Part shown: piece after piece, positions 1 through 8,587 of the stretch
Layout: every line of letters begins with the position of its first letter
Numbering within the stretch: the stretch's first letter is position 1
DNA from: Atribacterota bacterium
GTDB taxonomy: Bacteria > Atribacterota > Phoenicimicrobiia > Phoenicimicrobiales > Stramentimicrobiaceae
Reading direction: 5' to 3'
Length of the DNA stretch: 62,239 bases
Assembly: GCA_040767965.1 (NCBI GenBank)
Contig: JAXGNR010000011.1
Location: 1 to 62,239, forward strand
The notes under the pieces: generated by a model
What the model saw: the letters and a program-made list of their open reading frames with translations, nothing else
Told to the model about the DNA's origin: nothing
Database searches by the model: none
Program-made: the position numbers and the translations under genes

Positions 1-570
1 AAAGATTATCAACAGTATAACACAATATTCCAGGATATAAACAAAGCCATTATGGAAAAAAGGCAGATAAAGATTACTTATTATTCCATTAGTAATGATG
101 AGATAACAAAACGAAACCTTGATCCCATTCACCTGATGTTTCGTGGTGGATTTTGGTATCTGATTGCTTTTTGTCATTTTCGTAATGAAATAAAGATGTT
201 TCGTATTGACCGGATTAATGACTTACAATTGACTGACAAAATCTTTCAGATTCCAGCTGATTTTTCTCTCGCATCTTATATGGGCAAAAGCTGGCAGGTA
301 GTCCGGGGAGAAGGAAAAACTTATCAGGTAGAGATAAAAATATTTCCACCTGCATCGCGCTGGGTCAAAGAAGAGATTCACCATCCTACACAGCAAATCA
401 AATCTCTGGAAAATGGGACAATTCTATTTACGGCAGAAGTTAGTAGCCTTTCAGAAATCAAAAGATGGGTATTGCAGATGGGAAGCTGCACAGAGGTGAT
501 TGCTCCAGAAGAATTAAAGAAAGAGGTCATTAAAGAGATTGAAGGAATGGGAAGGAGGTATGGAAAATAA
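1..570 (+). CDS. WYL-domain transcriptional regulator (WYL + WCX), 5'-truncated by window edge
   Basis: Frame open from base 1. IKITYYS..RNLDPIHL..WYLIAFCHFRNEIKMFRIDRI is the WYL signature; C-terminal WVLQMG..EVIAPEELK is WCX-like. Confidence 0.9.
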   Translation, partial: KDYQQYNTIFQDINKAIMEKRQIKITYYSISNDEITKRNLDPIHLMFRGGFWYLIAFCHFRNEIKMFRIDRINDLQLTDKIFQIPADFSLASYMGKSWQVVRGEGKTYQVEIKIFPPASRWVKEEIHHPTQQIKSLENGTILFTAEVSSLSEIKRWVLQMGSCTEVIAPEELKKEVIKEIEGMGRRYGK

Positions 571-619
571 AAAAGAGTTCTTTGTTTATGGTTTTTTGTA
601 AATTATTTAGGAGGTTTTA

Positions 620-2074
620 ATGGAAAAAGAAAAATGGATTAATGAAATTCACCGGATTTATGCAAAAAGAAAGGTGGATTTATCGTCATACTCATCAAGA
701 GCTCCACACAGAAGAATAGAAGGGCAATTTGGAAGCAGCAGAGCGGTTAAGGGATATGAACATGTAATCGTATATCTGCAACTGAGTCCCAGGATAGATT
801 TTGGAAAAGTTAGACATTTTTTGAGATATCGTCTATTGCAATGGGTAAAAAAGAATTGGGATTATCCCGAAAAATTAGATGTTTTCTTTTTTAATAATGA
901 AGAAGGGAAATTAATTCATAATACCAAATGCTGGACAAGACTATCTGCCCCGATTGTATCATTGGTAGATTTTATTGATAATACAGTCAAAAGTAAAAAT
1001 CCTGGAAATGTTCGAAGATTACATGAATTATATCCCAAAACAACTTTTTCTAATCTATATAGAGATGGACAACATCCTAATAGCAGAGATTTGCTTATAT
1101 TTATATCTGATTATGAGGGTTTTGATGTTGATGAAAAGTTAAAAGAATCATTGAATAGAAAACTAAGAAGAATAATTTGGGTAAAAATGGAAAAAGAAAA
1201 TGAAGTATTCGTTAAAACAAGAAAAATACCATTTTTGGAAAATAATTTTGAAGAAATAAAAAATGAAATTAACGAAGAAGATATTAATAATATAGATAAT
1301 GCGAATACCTCATCAAAAAAATATTTAGATAAATCTGATTTTTATTTATTTTTCAGGATAGAAGACTTGTCGCATATTAATTTAGAAAAACCTATGGAGA
1401 TATCAGGAAATATATTAACTATTGTTGATGATCTCAGAAATCCTTTCAGCAGAATTAGAAATATGGGAGAAACATTTTTTATCCCTACCGATAGAATAAT
1501 AGATCTAAAAAACAAGCTGATTAAACTTGGCATATATCAAATAGAAAAGGAATATTCATCTATTTCTTTTGATGGAAATAGATGGGAATTGATAGTAAGA
1601 ATTAATGGAAGAGAAATTCCTTCAAAAGGTCATAATAATTATCCTCCAAATTGGAGTCAAATTGTTAAGGCGATTGAAGACTGTGTGAAATATAAAAATC
1701 GTCTAAATACAAACAGAATGAAGTTGGTAAATAAAAATAAACAGAAAGGGGTAAGTATTAAAAAGTTAAAGAAGAATAATAATTTATTCAATTATTTAGA
1801 AAAATATCCTCCAGAATGGTGGAAAAATCTTAAAAATGATAAAGAAATAATTATTGAAATTAGAAGCGATAAATCTAAATCATACATAGATTGTTATTAT
1901 AATGGTGGGTGTATTTTAGGTAGACTAGATTGTGATAGAAAAGGTAATCTTAAGGGTACACTACATTATAAGTATATACCCATAAAGTTAAATAGCAATG
2001 GTGATTATGTTAATTATAATTTTAATAATCAGCAGATTGATTTAAATCATATAAACCTAATATACCAAAATTAA
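620..2074 (+). CDS. Composite hypothetical protein: N-terminal VWA-like segment, middle unknown domain, C-terminal start of a nuclease-like protein
   Basis: 484-aa ORF with GGAGG RBS; LLIFISDYEG..RRIIWV is reminiscent of VWA-like domains; the last ~100 aa appear to continue in another frame into 2110-2682. Confidence 0.5.
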   Translation: MEKEKWINEIHRIYAKRKVDLSSYSSRAPHRRIEGQFGSSRAVKGYEHVIVYLQLSPRIDFGKVRHFLRYRLLQWVKKNWDYPEKLDVFFFNNEEGKLIHNTKCWTRLSAPIVSLVDFIDNTVKSKNPGNVRRLHELYPKTTFSNLYRDGQHPNSRDLLIFISDYEGFDVDEKLKESLNRKLRRIIWVKMEKENEVFVKTRKIPFLENNFEEIKNEINEEDINNIDNANTSSKKYLDKSDFYLFFRIEDLSHINLEKPMEISGNILTIVDDLRNPFSRIRNMGETFFIPTDRIIDLKNKLIKLGIYQIEKEYSSISFDGNRWELIVRINGREIPSKGHNNYPPNWSQIVKAIEDCVKYKNRLNTNRMKLVNKNKQKGVSIKKLKKNNNLFNYLEKYPPEWWKNLKNDKEIIIEIRSDKSKSYIDCYYNGGCILGRLDCDRKGNLKGTLHYKYIPIKLNSNGDYVNYNFNNQQIDLNHINLIYQN

Positions 2075-2109
2075 ATAATTTTGATGAAAAATGCAATTTC
2101 ATTAATTAA

Positions 2110-2682
2110 AAACAAATTGAAAATTATTATCCAAAATATTCAGAAAAATGGTTCCAATATCAATTCATTCAAAAGGATTCCTGTTTTATTGATTCTGAAT
2201 TCCAATTTAATAAATTTAGAGGCAATAATTTAAGGATAGATTTGGTAAGAATTGATCCATCTGTAAAAAAAATCATTTTTATTGAATTGAAAGAATTTGG
2301 TAATAAAGAATTATTCAATAATAAAAATACTAGAAATAACAAGGGAAAAAATATTGAAAATCAATTAAGTCTATATGGAAATTTTATCAGTAAAAATAAA
2401 GATGATATTTTAGAATACTATAAAGATTTGTTCGAAGTTAAAAAGAAATTAGAATTGCTTTCCCCTGAAACCCTGAAGATAGATTTAGATGATTACATGG
2501 TTGCTGAAAAACCATTGCTAATTATTGCGGGTTGCACCCAAAAATGGATTGATAATAACGCGGAAGATATTAACAATAGAATTGAAAGTTTTGCTTTAGG
2601 GTGTTTGTATTTTGGAGAGCCAAATAAAAATAGCAATATAACTGTAAAAGGGAAGAACAGGCGGCTTTTTAAAAGAATATAA
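2110..2682 (+). pseudogene. C-terminal part of a frameshifted PD-(D/E)xK nuclease-like gene
   Basis: Frame open from 2110 with no good start: SEKWFQY..IDSEFQF..RIDLV..IIFIELK..IENQLSLY (D..ExK..Q..Y pattern). Confidence 0.55.
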
Positions 2683-2784
2683 ATAAGATCTTTAAAAAAG
2701 TAGATTGGCAAATAATAATAAATTAAATAAAATACTATAGAATTTATCTTAATAAATTTCAATAAAAGAGGATTGTATTAAAAA

Positions 2785-3734
2785 ATGTATGGTTTAAAAG
2801 ATTTAAAAGAAAAAATAAATATTACTAAAACTACTGTAGAATGTCCGGTTAAGGATTGTGATGTGATAGTGGAAAGACAGAGAAAATCATTCAAAAGGGA
2901 AGAAAGGTTTTATTGTCCCAAACATAAAATCTATATATCTCCTTCAACTTTTTGAATATCAAAATGAATCAGATAATTTTCTATGGAAAAACCGGGATGA
3001 TATGGAATTGTTGAAGAAAATAAAGACTGTCAAGAGAGAAAGTAGGATGGCAAGAGATAACAGTGAAGATTCTTTATCATGGAATGTTTTTCGTTTTTAG
3101 AAAAAGAGCAGTTGCTTGAAAAAGTTATGGAAGCAACTTTAGGTGTTCCTATTAAATCGCCTGAAATAATCTATTGGTCCCATGAAACAGAAGGGATGAA
3201 ACTATTACCAACCTGAAATGACGCAGAGAAGTTGTTTTAGTATAAAGATGTATGGGGATCCAGCCAGATGTTATTGCTCAAAACTGAGAATGCTTATTAT
3301 CGAAGCGTCAATAGCAGCACAAACAGCACCCACTAACCTGGATGATGCCAAAAAATATGAAGAGAGGGATAAAGATTTTTACTCTCAAATTTTTAAATCT
3401 GACTTTAATACTGTTGCTGTTCAGGAGAAGAAATATGAATTACTGAGGTTCTGGTTGCTGGGTAACTGGATTGCCAAAGAAAAATTTAGATTTTTATATT
3501 ATCGATTTGGTTTTAGAAGAGAAGGAGCAGGATATTGAAAGTACCTTTGGTCAATTGATTAAGCAGGACAAAAATAAAAGATTTATTCGCATTACCTGGG
3601 AAGATATCTATGAACAGATATTAAATCATGGTACATCTTTAAATGATAGTAACAAGATAATAGAATATTTTAAAAACAAGACGATTGGATATAATGGATA
3701 TGGAAAATTACAAAAGGCCTTTTCAATAGTTTAG
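2785..3734 (+). pseudogene. Multiply frameshifted restriction-endonuclease-like gene with N-terminal Cys/His Zn-finger
   Basis: MYGLKDLK..ECPVKDC..YCPKH..SPSTF, shift at T-run ~2950, ..RDNSEDSLSWNVFRF, shift ~3095; later fragments YELLRFWLLG and RITWEDIY in other frames. Confidence 0.6.
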
Positions 3735-3781
3735 TTCAATACATTTTTTTTGAAATAACTGTAAGAATTAGGAGTAATATT

Positions 3782-3940
3782 ATGTCTGAAAAAAAAGATT
3801 TAGAGCCAAATGATAGGGAAATAGATATTATTGCAGGCGCTATAATTCCAACAAAAAAAGAATTAAAAGAAATGAGAGAAAAATTCAAAGATGATAAAGA
3901 GGTACTAGCAGCCTTAGAGGATGCAGAGACTGTAGATTAG
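3782..3940 (+). CDS. Small hypothetical protein (52 aa)
   Basis: AGGAG RBS; MSEKKDLEPNDREIDIIAGAIIPTKKELKEMREKF..; below the ORF-track cut-off. Confidence 0.55.
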   Translation: MSEKKDLEPNDREIDIIAGAIIPTKKELKEMREKFKDDKEVLAALEDAETVD

Positions 3941-3951
3941 GTTAATCTGTA

Positions 3952-3985
3952 AAAGATATGGGTAACCTGTTTTATATTTGATATA
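3952..3985 (+). repeat. Degenerate copy of array repeat (TTTGACAT type)
   Basis: AAAGATATGGGTAACCTGTTTTATATTTGATATA resembles AAAGACATGGGGGCCAGGTCTTCACATTTGACATA at 20273-20307 at both ends; core is decayed. Confidence 0.4.
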
Positions 3986-4015
3986 ATTTACAATCTTAAA
4001 ATGGAGGTTAATAAA

Positions 4016-4177
4016 ATGAATTATGGAGAAGAAAAAATGTTTTTATTAGAAGAGCTTAAAAAAATTGATAAACAAATTTCAGAATTAGGGTATAGTGAAA
4101 ACTATTTGGAGACCCAACAAGATCTATGGGCATTAAGGCAAGACATAAAAGAAAATCTTAAAGATTTTGAAGTTTAG
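4016..4177 (+). CDS. Small helical hypothetical protein (53 aa)
   Basis: GGAGG RBS; MNYGEEKMFLLEELKKIDKQISELGY.. Confidence 0.55.
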   Translation: MNYGEEKMFLLEELKKIDKQISELGYSENYLETQQDLWALRQDIKENLKDFEV

Positions 4178-4190
4178 GAAAATCAAACGC

Positions 4191-4212
4191 CCAGTTTTTC
4201 TTGTTTGATATA
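4191..4212 (+). repeat. Degenerate array repeat preceding nucleosidase fragment 1
   Basis: CCAGTTTTTCTTGTTTGATATA vs CCAGGTCTTCACATTTGACATA (16/22), at almost the same distance from the TTG start as in the other two copies. Confidence 0.5.
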
Positions 4213-4243
4213 TTGTAAAAATTGAATCTAAGAAGAGATCATT

Positions 4244-4373
4244 TTGAATAATTCAAAAACTAAAATTGTACTCATTTGTCCACTGGATGATGATTACGAT
4301 GCCAGTAAAGAATTACTGGGTTTGCATAATGAATCAGAAGTATCAGGACGAATTGTTTCAGGAAGAAAGACAT
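4244..4373 (+). pseudogene. 5' fragment (copy 1) of MTA/SAH nucleosidase gene, cut at array repeat
   Basis: ICPLDDDYDASKELLGLHNESEVSGRIVS matches the N-terminus of 16797..17528; homology stops just before GGGGTCAAG at 4374. Confidence 0.85.
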
Positions 4374-4440
4374 GGGGTCAAGTCTTGAATTATCAGTTTT
4401 TACTTAAAAATATAAAGCAAACAGAAAACAGTTCTCTGCA
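4374..4440 (+). repeat. Array repeat GGGGTCAAGTCTTGAATTATCAG plus tail
   Basis: 57/67 nt identical, ungapped, to 11407-11473. Confidence 0.9.
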
Positions 4441-4599
4441 TCACTGCTTATAAAAATTTCATAGGAGTTTAACATGGATAAAGTAAGTTTTAACGGGAAA
4501 ATATTTACTTATTTTGAATATGCCAAAGAGTGCGATTTTGAAAAAGATGTAAAAATATTTAAAAATAACAACAAAAAGATAGAATAGTAGAGTTTTTAT

Positions 4600-5136
4600 T
4601 AACCCGTTAGGGCAGAAAACCATGGGCTTGCCCATGGATGAATGAGCAGGCGGCGATATGATAAAATGATAACATGCAAACAAGACTTTCAGGGCACAGC
4701 GCCTATCGTACGGAGTATCATATCGTCTGGATACCTAAATATCGCCGCCGTATCCTAAATCCTGGATTACGTGGATACCTAAGAAAACTTTTTCCTAAGA
4801 TACTCAGGAGCATTCCAGGTTGTGAAATAATAGAATATAACATACAGGTTGATCATATCCATATGATTATGATTATACCGCCAAAATACAGTGTTGCTGA
4901 TGTAATTGGACAGATCAAATCACAGTCGGCCAGTAGACTAAGGAAAAAGTTTTCCTGGCTGTCTAAGGTATACTGGAAAGAGAATATCGTCTGGTCACCG
5001 GGCTACTTTGTCTCAACAGTTGGCATTGATGAGAAAAGTATCATCAAGTATGTCCAATTTCAAGAAAGCCAGGATTTAGGTCAAGCGAAGCTTGAAGGTT
5101 TTTAAAAGTACCACGGGCTTGCCCGTGGATATCTAT
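4600..5136 (+). mobile_element. IS200/IS605-family element (tnpA only); ends approximate
   Basis: Subterminal hairpins CCATGGGCTTGCCCATGG (4620-4637) and CCACGGGCTTGCCCGTGG (5111-5128) flank a Y1 transposase. Confidence 0.85.
4674..5105 (+). CDS. tnpA: IS200/IS605 HUH (Y1) transposase
   Basis: YHIVWIPKYRR, DHIH (HUH), WSPGYFVSTVG, YVQFQ catalytic Tyr motif. Confidence 0.95.
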   Translation: MQTRLSGHSAYRTEYHIVWIPKYRRRILNPGLRGYLRKLFPKILRSIPGCEIIEYNIQVDHIHMIMIIPPKYSVADVIGQIKSQSASRLRKKFSWLSKVYWKENIVWSPGYFVSTVGIDEKSIIKYVQFQESQDLGQAKLEGF

Positions 5137-5212
5137 TAATAAATAATGAGGTTTCATATAATAGGATAGGAATAAAAAATAAATTATTTGATAAACCAAA
5201 AAGGAGTGGAAT

Positions 5213-5260
5213 ATGAAAGATGCACAAAAGCAAATAAAGGGGTCAAATCTTTATTATTGA
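5213..5260 (+). pseudogene. Gene-start stub (MKDAQKQIK) running into array repeat
   Basis: AAGGAG RBS + ATG; frame enters GGGGTCAAATC at 5239 and stops at TGA 5258. Confidence 0.35.
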
Positions 5261-5303
5261 CAATATAAAGAAAAGAAAGAACTCAGGTCTTGAATTATCA
5301 GTT
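5239..5303 (+). repeat. Two tandem array-repeat half-sites
   Basis: GGGGTCAAATCTTTATTATTGACA (5239-5262) and TCAGGTCTTGAATTATCAGTT (5283-5303). Confidence 0.8.
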
Positions 5304-5455
5304 GTTTTGTTTAAAAGGAAGACTCTTCCTATTTGATTCAGACAAAAAGCTTAAATATTAAGGATTTTAATATGAATGAAAAAGAATGGATGAAAATAGT
5401 TAGATATATTTAAATAATATAAAACTTTATTTATTTTATTAAAAGGAGTGCAATC

Positions 5456-5697
5456 ATGATACCAGATTTTCAGAGTATTATGCTTCCCTTGCTTAAAATA
5501 GCAGGTGACAAGAAAGAACATACCTTGCAGGAAATAAGAGAATCCTTGGCTGATTATTTTCAATTGACTGATGAAGATAAGTCAAAGCTTTTATCTAAGA
5601 CCAGGCACCCAGTATTTGGTAATAGGGTTGGATGGGCTAGAACATATTTAAAAAAAGTCGGACTTTTAGAATATACTTCAAAAGAAGAAGGAAGAGA
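5456..5697 (+). pseudogene. mrr: Mrr restriction endonuclease N-terminal (winged-helix) fragment, cut at repeat hairpin
   Basis: MIPDFQSIMLPLL..NRVGWARTYLKKVGLLE is the Mrr N-terminal domain; no catalytic domain follows and the ORF tail is translated repeat. Confidence 0.8.
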
Positions 5698-5748
5698 GGG
5701 TCATGTCTTGAATTATAATTTTTATCTGATATTTCAAGAACTGACCCC
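5698..5748. repeat. Complete REP-like hairpin form of array repeat
   Basis: GGGTCATGTCTTGAA-N20-TTCAAGAACTGACCCC: arms are inverted copies of the repeat core. Confidence 0.9.
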
Positions 5749-5769
5749 AAAGACAAAGAGGAATACATT

Positions 5770-8139
5770 TTGTTAAAAAAAATTATTTCAATAAAAAACA
5801 TTGGTGTGCTAAAAGATTGTTACTTTAATTGCAAAGATAATTTTGATAAGGTAAACATTATTTATGGATATAACGGTGAAGGAAAGAGTACTGTTTGTGC
5901 AATTATAAGGTCTTGTATAGAGGGGAAACTATCTTTAATTACTGAGAGAAAAAGTTACTATTGTAAAAGCAATGATGAAATAAGTTGTGATATTTTATGT
6001 CGGGAAAATAGTAACAATTGTTCCTATAAATTTCAAAATGATTCTTGGAATGATAATCTGAAAAATACCATTATCTATGATTCCTATTTTATTGATAACT
6101 GTATACATACTGGATTAAACATTCACTCTGACCACCAAAAAGGGTTATATGAATTTGCCATAGGCGAAGAAGGAGTGTTTCTAAGTAAAAGAATTGAGGA
6201 AATAAAAATAGCCAATAAAAAACTTTTTAGTAAATTAGATAACAAGAAAGTAGTCATAAGAGCTTTAGCTAAAAATAAGTTTTCAATTGAAGAATATATA
6301 TTATTGAAAAAAGAACCTGAAATTGATGCCAAAATAGAAATAATTGAGAGAAAAATTGGAACAGCAAAGGTAAATGATGAAATAAAGAAAAAAGAAAAGC
6401 TATACGAAATTGACAGAATTAATACTTCTATTGATTTTAAAGAATTGAAGACTTTATTAGAAAAAACAATCAAAAATGTTTCTACAGATTCCTCTGAAAA
6501 AGCCAAAAAGTATTTAGACAAATTAAACAATACAATGGAAGGTAATGCAGAAGAATGGCTGCAACAAGGTCTCAATAATTATGAGTCATTAACAGATAAT
6601 AAATGTCCTTTTTGTCAAAAAGAATTGTTTCCTGATGATGAAATAATAATTATATATAATAATTATTTCAATCGGGAATTTAAAAATTATAAGATAGGTT
6701 TAACAGATTTTTCAAATAGGTTGGGCATGTATTCTATAGATATAGAAATTCAAAAGATTGAGAACATTGCTAATAATAATAATTCATTAATGGAATTTTG
6801 GAAAAATCATTTAGAAGTAAAAGAGTATCCCTTTATTGATTTTAAAGATTCTGAGGAAAATACTAAGAAAGATGCCAAGAAAAATCTTAAGAAAAAAATA
6901 AAAGAAGATTACCTCAATATAAAATTAACAATGGAAAATAAATTAAAAAAAATACTTGATTCGGTGAAAACGAATTCTATAGATGATTTCTTAAAAAGTT
7001 TAGAAGAAATAAATAATAAAATATATGAATACAATATCATTTGTAAAAATATAAATAATAAAATATATGAATTAAAAAATAAACAACCTAATTTAGTGAA
7101 TCTGAAAAATGAAAAAGAATCTCTGGAGATTAAGAAAGAAAGATTTGAAGAAAAAAATGAAAATTATTGTAGAATTTATGATTTAATTAACAAAAAAATT
7201 AAAAGAAATCAGGAACAGGTTACTGAATTAAGTGAAAAATTAAAAAAAGATATTAATTCTAAAATAGAAATATATGGTGAATCAGTAAATGGATATCTAG
7301 AAAAATTTGGATTACCATTTAAAATTGTTAATGCTAAATCTAAATATAAAGGGACAAGCATAGAACCTTACCTTGATTATTACCTTCAAGTTAAAGAAAA
7401 TAAAATAAATCCTTTACAAAAAGCACGATATGTCTTAAGCGATGGTGATAAAAATTCCCTTGCCTTATCCTTCTTTTTTGCCAGATTAGATGTAGAACAG
7501 GATATTAAAGATAAAGTAGTTATTTTGGATGACCCGGTTTCCAGTTTAGACAGAAATCGTAGAATGAGGACAATTGAATGTATAAAAGATTTTTCCAGTA
7601 GATGTTCACAAATAATTGTTTTAACACACTATGATATATTCGCATTTAAACTATATGAAGACCTTTCTGAAACACTTAAAAATATCAAAACATTCCAAAT
7701 AAAAAATTCAAAAATTAATAATTGGGATATTGCTGAAGAAAGCAAACATCAATATTTTCAAGATATTGATAAATTGGAAAAATTCTGTGAGAAAATCGAA
7801 ATATTAAATAATAGAGACGCTGAATATTTAATTAGGAAAGTGCTTGAAAATGCATTGAAATTCAGATATTTCCAACATTTTAAAAATTTGGGAAGTAAAT
7901 GTTGGTTAAGGCCAATGATAGAAGAATTAAAAAAAATTAGTCAAACAGACCCTGCATTCAAATTTAGAAACCCAGATACTAATAGAGTTTTTAATGAGCT
8001 AGATAATCTTTGTGATTTTTCAAATACATTCCACCATGCAAATTCAGATAGACCTTATAGGGATATAAATACCTATGACGAACCAGAGATTAGAAATTAT
8101 GCTCAATCCACTTTAGAACTAGTATTTAACGATTTATAG
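5770..8139 (+). CDS. Rad50/SMC-like ABC ATPase with zinc hook, RloC-like anticodon nuclease candidate
   Basis: Walker A GYNGEGKST, zinc hook CPFC, coiled coils, signature LSDGDK, Walker B ILDDPVSSLD, LTH switch; C-terminal helical domain IRKVLE..NTFHH (HEPN-like). Confidence 0.8.
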   Translation: MLKKIISIKNIGVLKDCYFNCKDNFDKVNIIYGYNGEGKSTVCAIIRSCIEGKLSLITERKSYYCKSNDEISCDILCRENSNNCSYKFQNDSWNDNLKNTIIYDSYFIDNCIHTGLNIHSDHQKGLYEFAIGEEGVFLSKRIEEIKIANKKLFSKLDNKKVVIRALAKNKFSIEEYILLKKEPEIDAKIEIIERKIGTAKVNDEIKKKEKLYEIDRINTSIDFKELKTLLEKTIKNVSTDSSEKAKKYLDKLNNTMEGNAEEWLQQGLNNYESLTDNKCPFCQKELFPDDEIIIIYNNYFNREFKNYKIGLTDFSNRLGMYSIDIEIQKIENIANNNNSLMEFWKNHLEVKEYPFIDFKDSEENTKKDAKKNLKKKIKEDYLNIKLTMENKLKKILDSVKTNSIDDFLKSLEEINNKIYEYNIICKNINNKIYELKNKQPNLVNLKNEKESLEIKKERFEEKNENYCRIYDLINKKIKRNQEQVTELSEKLKKDINSKIEIYGESVNGYLEKFGLPFKIVNAKSKYKGTSIEPYLDYYLQVKENKINPLQKARYVLSDGDKNSLALSFFFARLDVEQDIKDKVVILDDPVSSLDRNRRMRTIECIKDFSSRCSQIIVLTHYDIFAFKLYEDLSETLKNIKTFQIKNSKINNWDIAEESKHQYFQDIDKLEKFCEKIEILNNRDAEYLIRKVLENALKFRYFQHFKNLGSKCWLRPMIEELKKISQTDPAFKFRNPDTNRVFNELDNLCDFSNTFHHANSDRPYRDINTYDEPEIRNYAQSTLELVFNDL

Positions 8140-8252
8140 AAAGATTTTTCTCATTATTTTAACCTGTATATTCTTAATTGATTAAATAAAGTAATATTTT
8201 TTCATTTAAATATAAAAAAAATAAAGAAAGCAAAGAGGTATTTTTTTATATT

Positions 8253-8540
8253 ATGGAATTTTTTAGAACCATTAAAGAGAACTTTATTCTATTACTAGGT
8301 AGCGGTTTATTTACCTATGGTTTATTCAATTTTGCTAGTTCTAAGCACAAAGGAATTGATATACCTATTCTTTTAAAATTTAAAGAGATGTCCAATGGGG
8401 TATCTGAAATCAGAACATTCCCGGTAGCTACTTATTATTACTATGATTTTCCAAACAAACTCTTATTAACTGTAGGTGCCATCCTAATTGTAATCGGAAT
8501 ATTAATGATAATTGGAAAAAAGCATACTGAAAAAGGATAG
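8253..8540 (+). CDS. Small two-TM membrane protein
   Basis: Two hydrophobic segments, 95 aa. Confidence 0.6.
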   Translation: MEFFRTIKENFILLLGSGLFTYGLFNFASSKHKGIDIPILLKFKEMSNGVSEIRTFPVATYYYYDFPNKLLLTVGAILIVIGILMIIGKKHTEKG

Positions 8541-8587
8541 AAGAATAATTTTTTATAAATAAAATTGAATATATAGGGGTTTTATAA

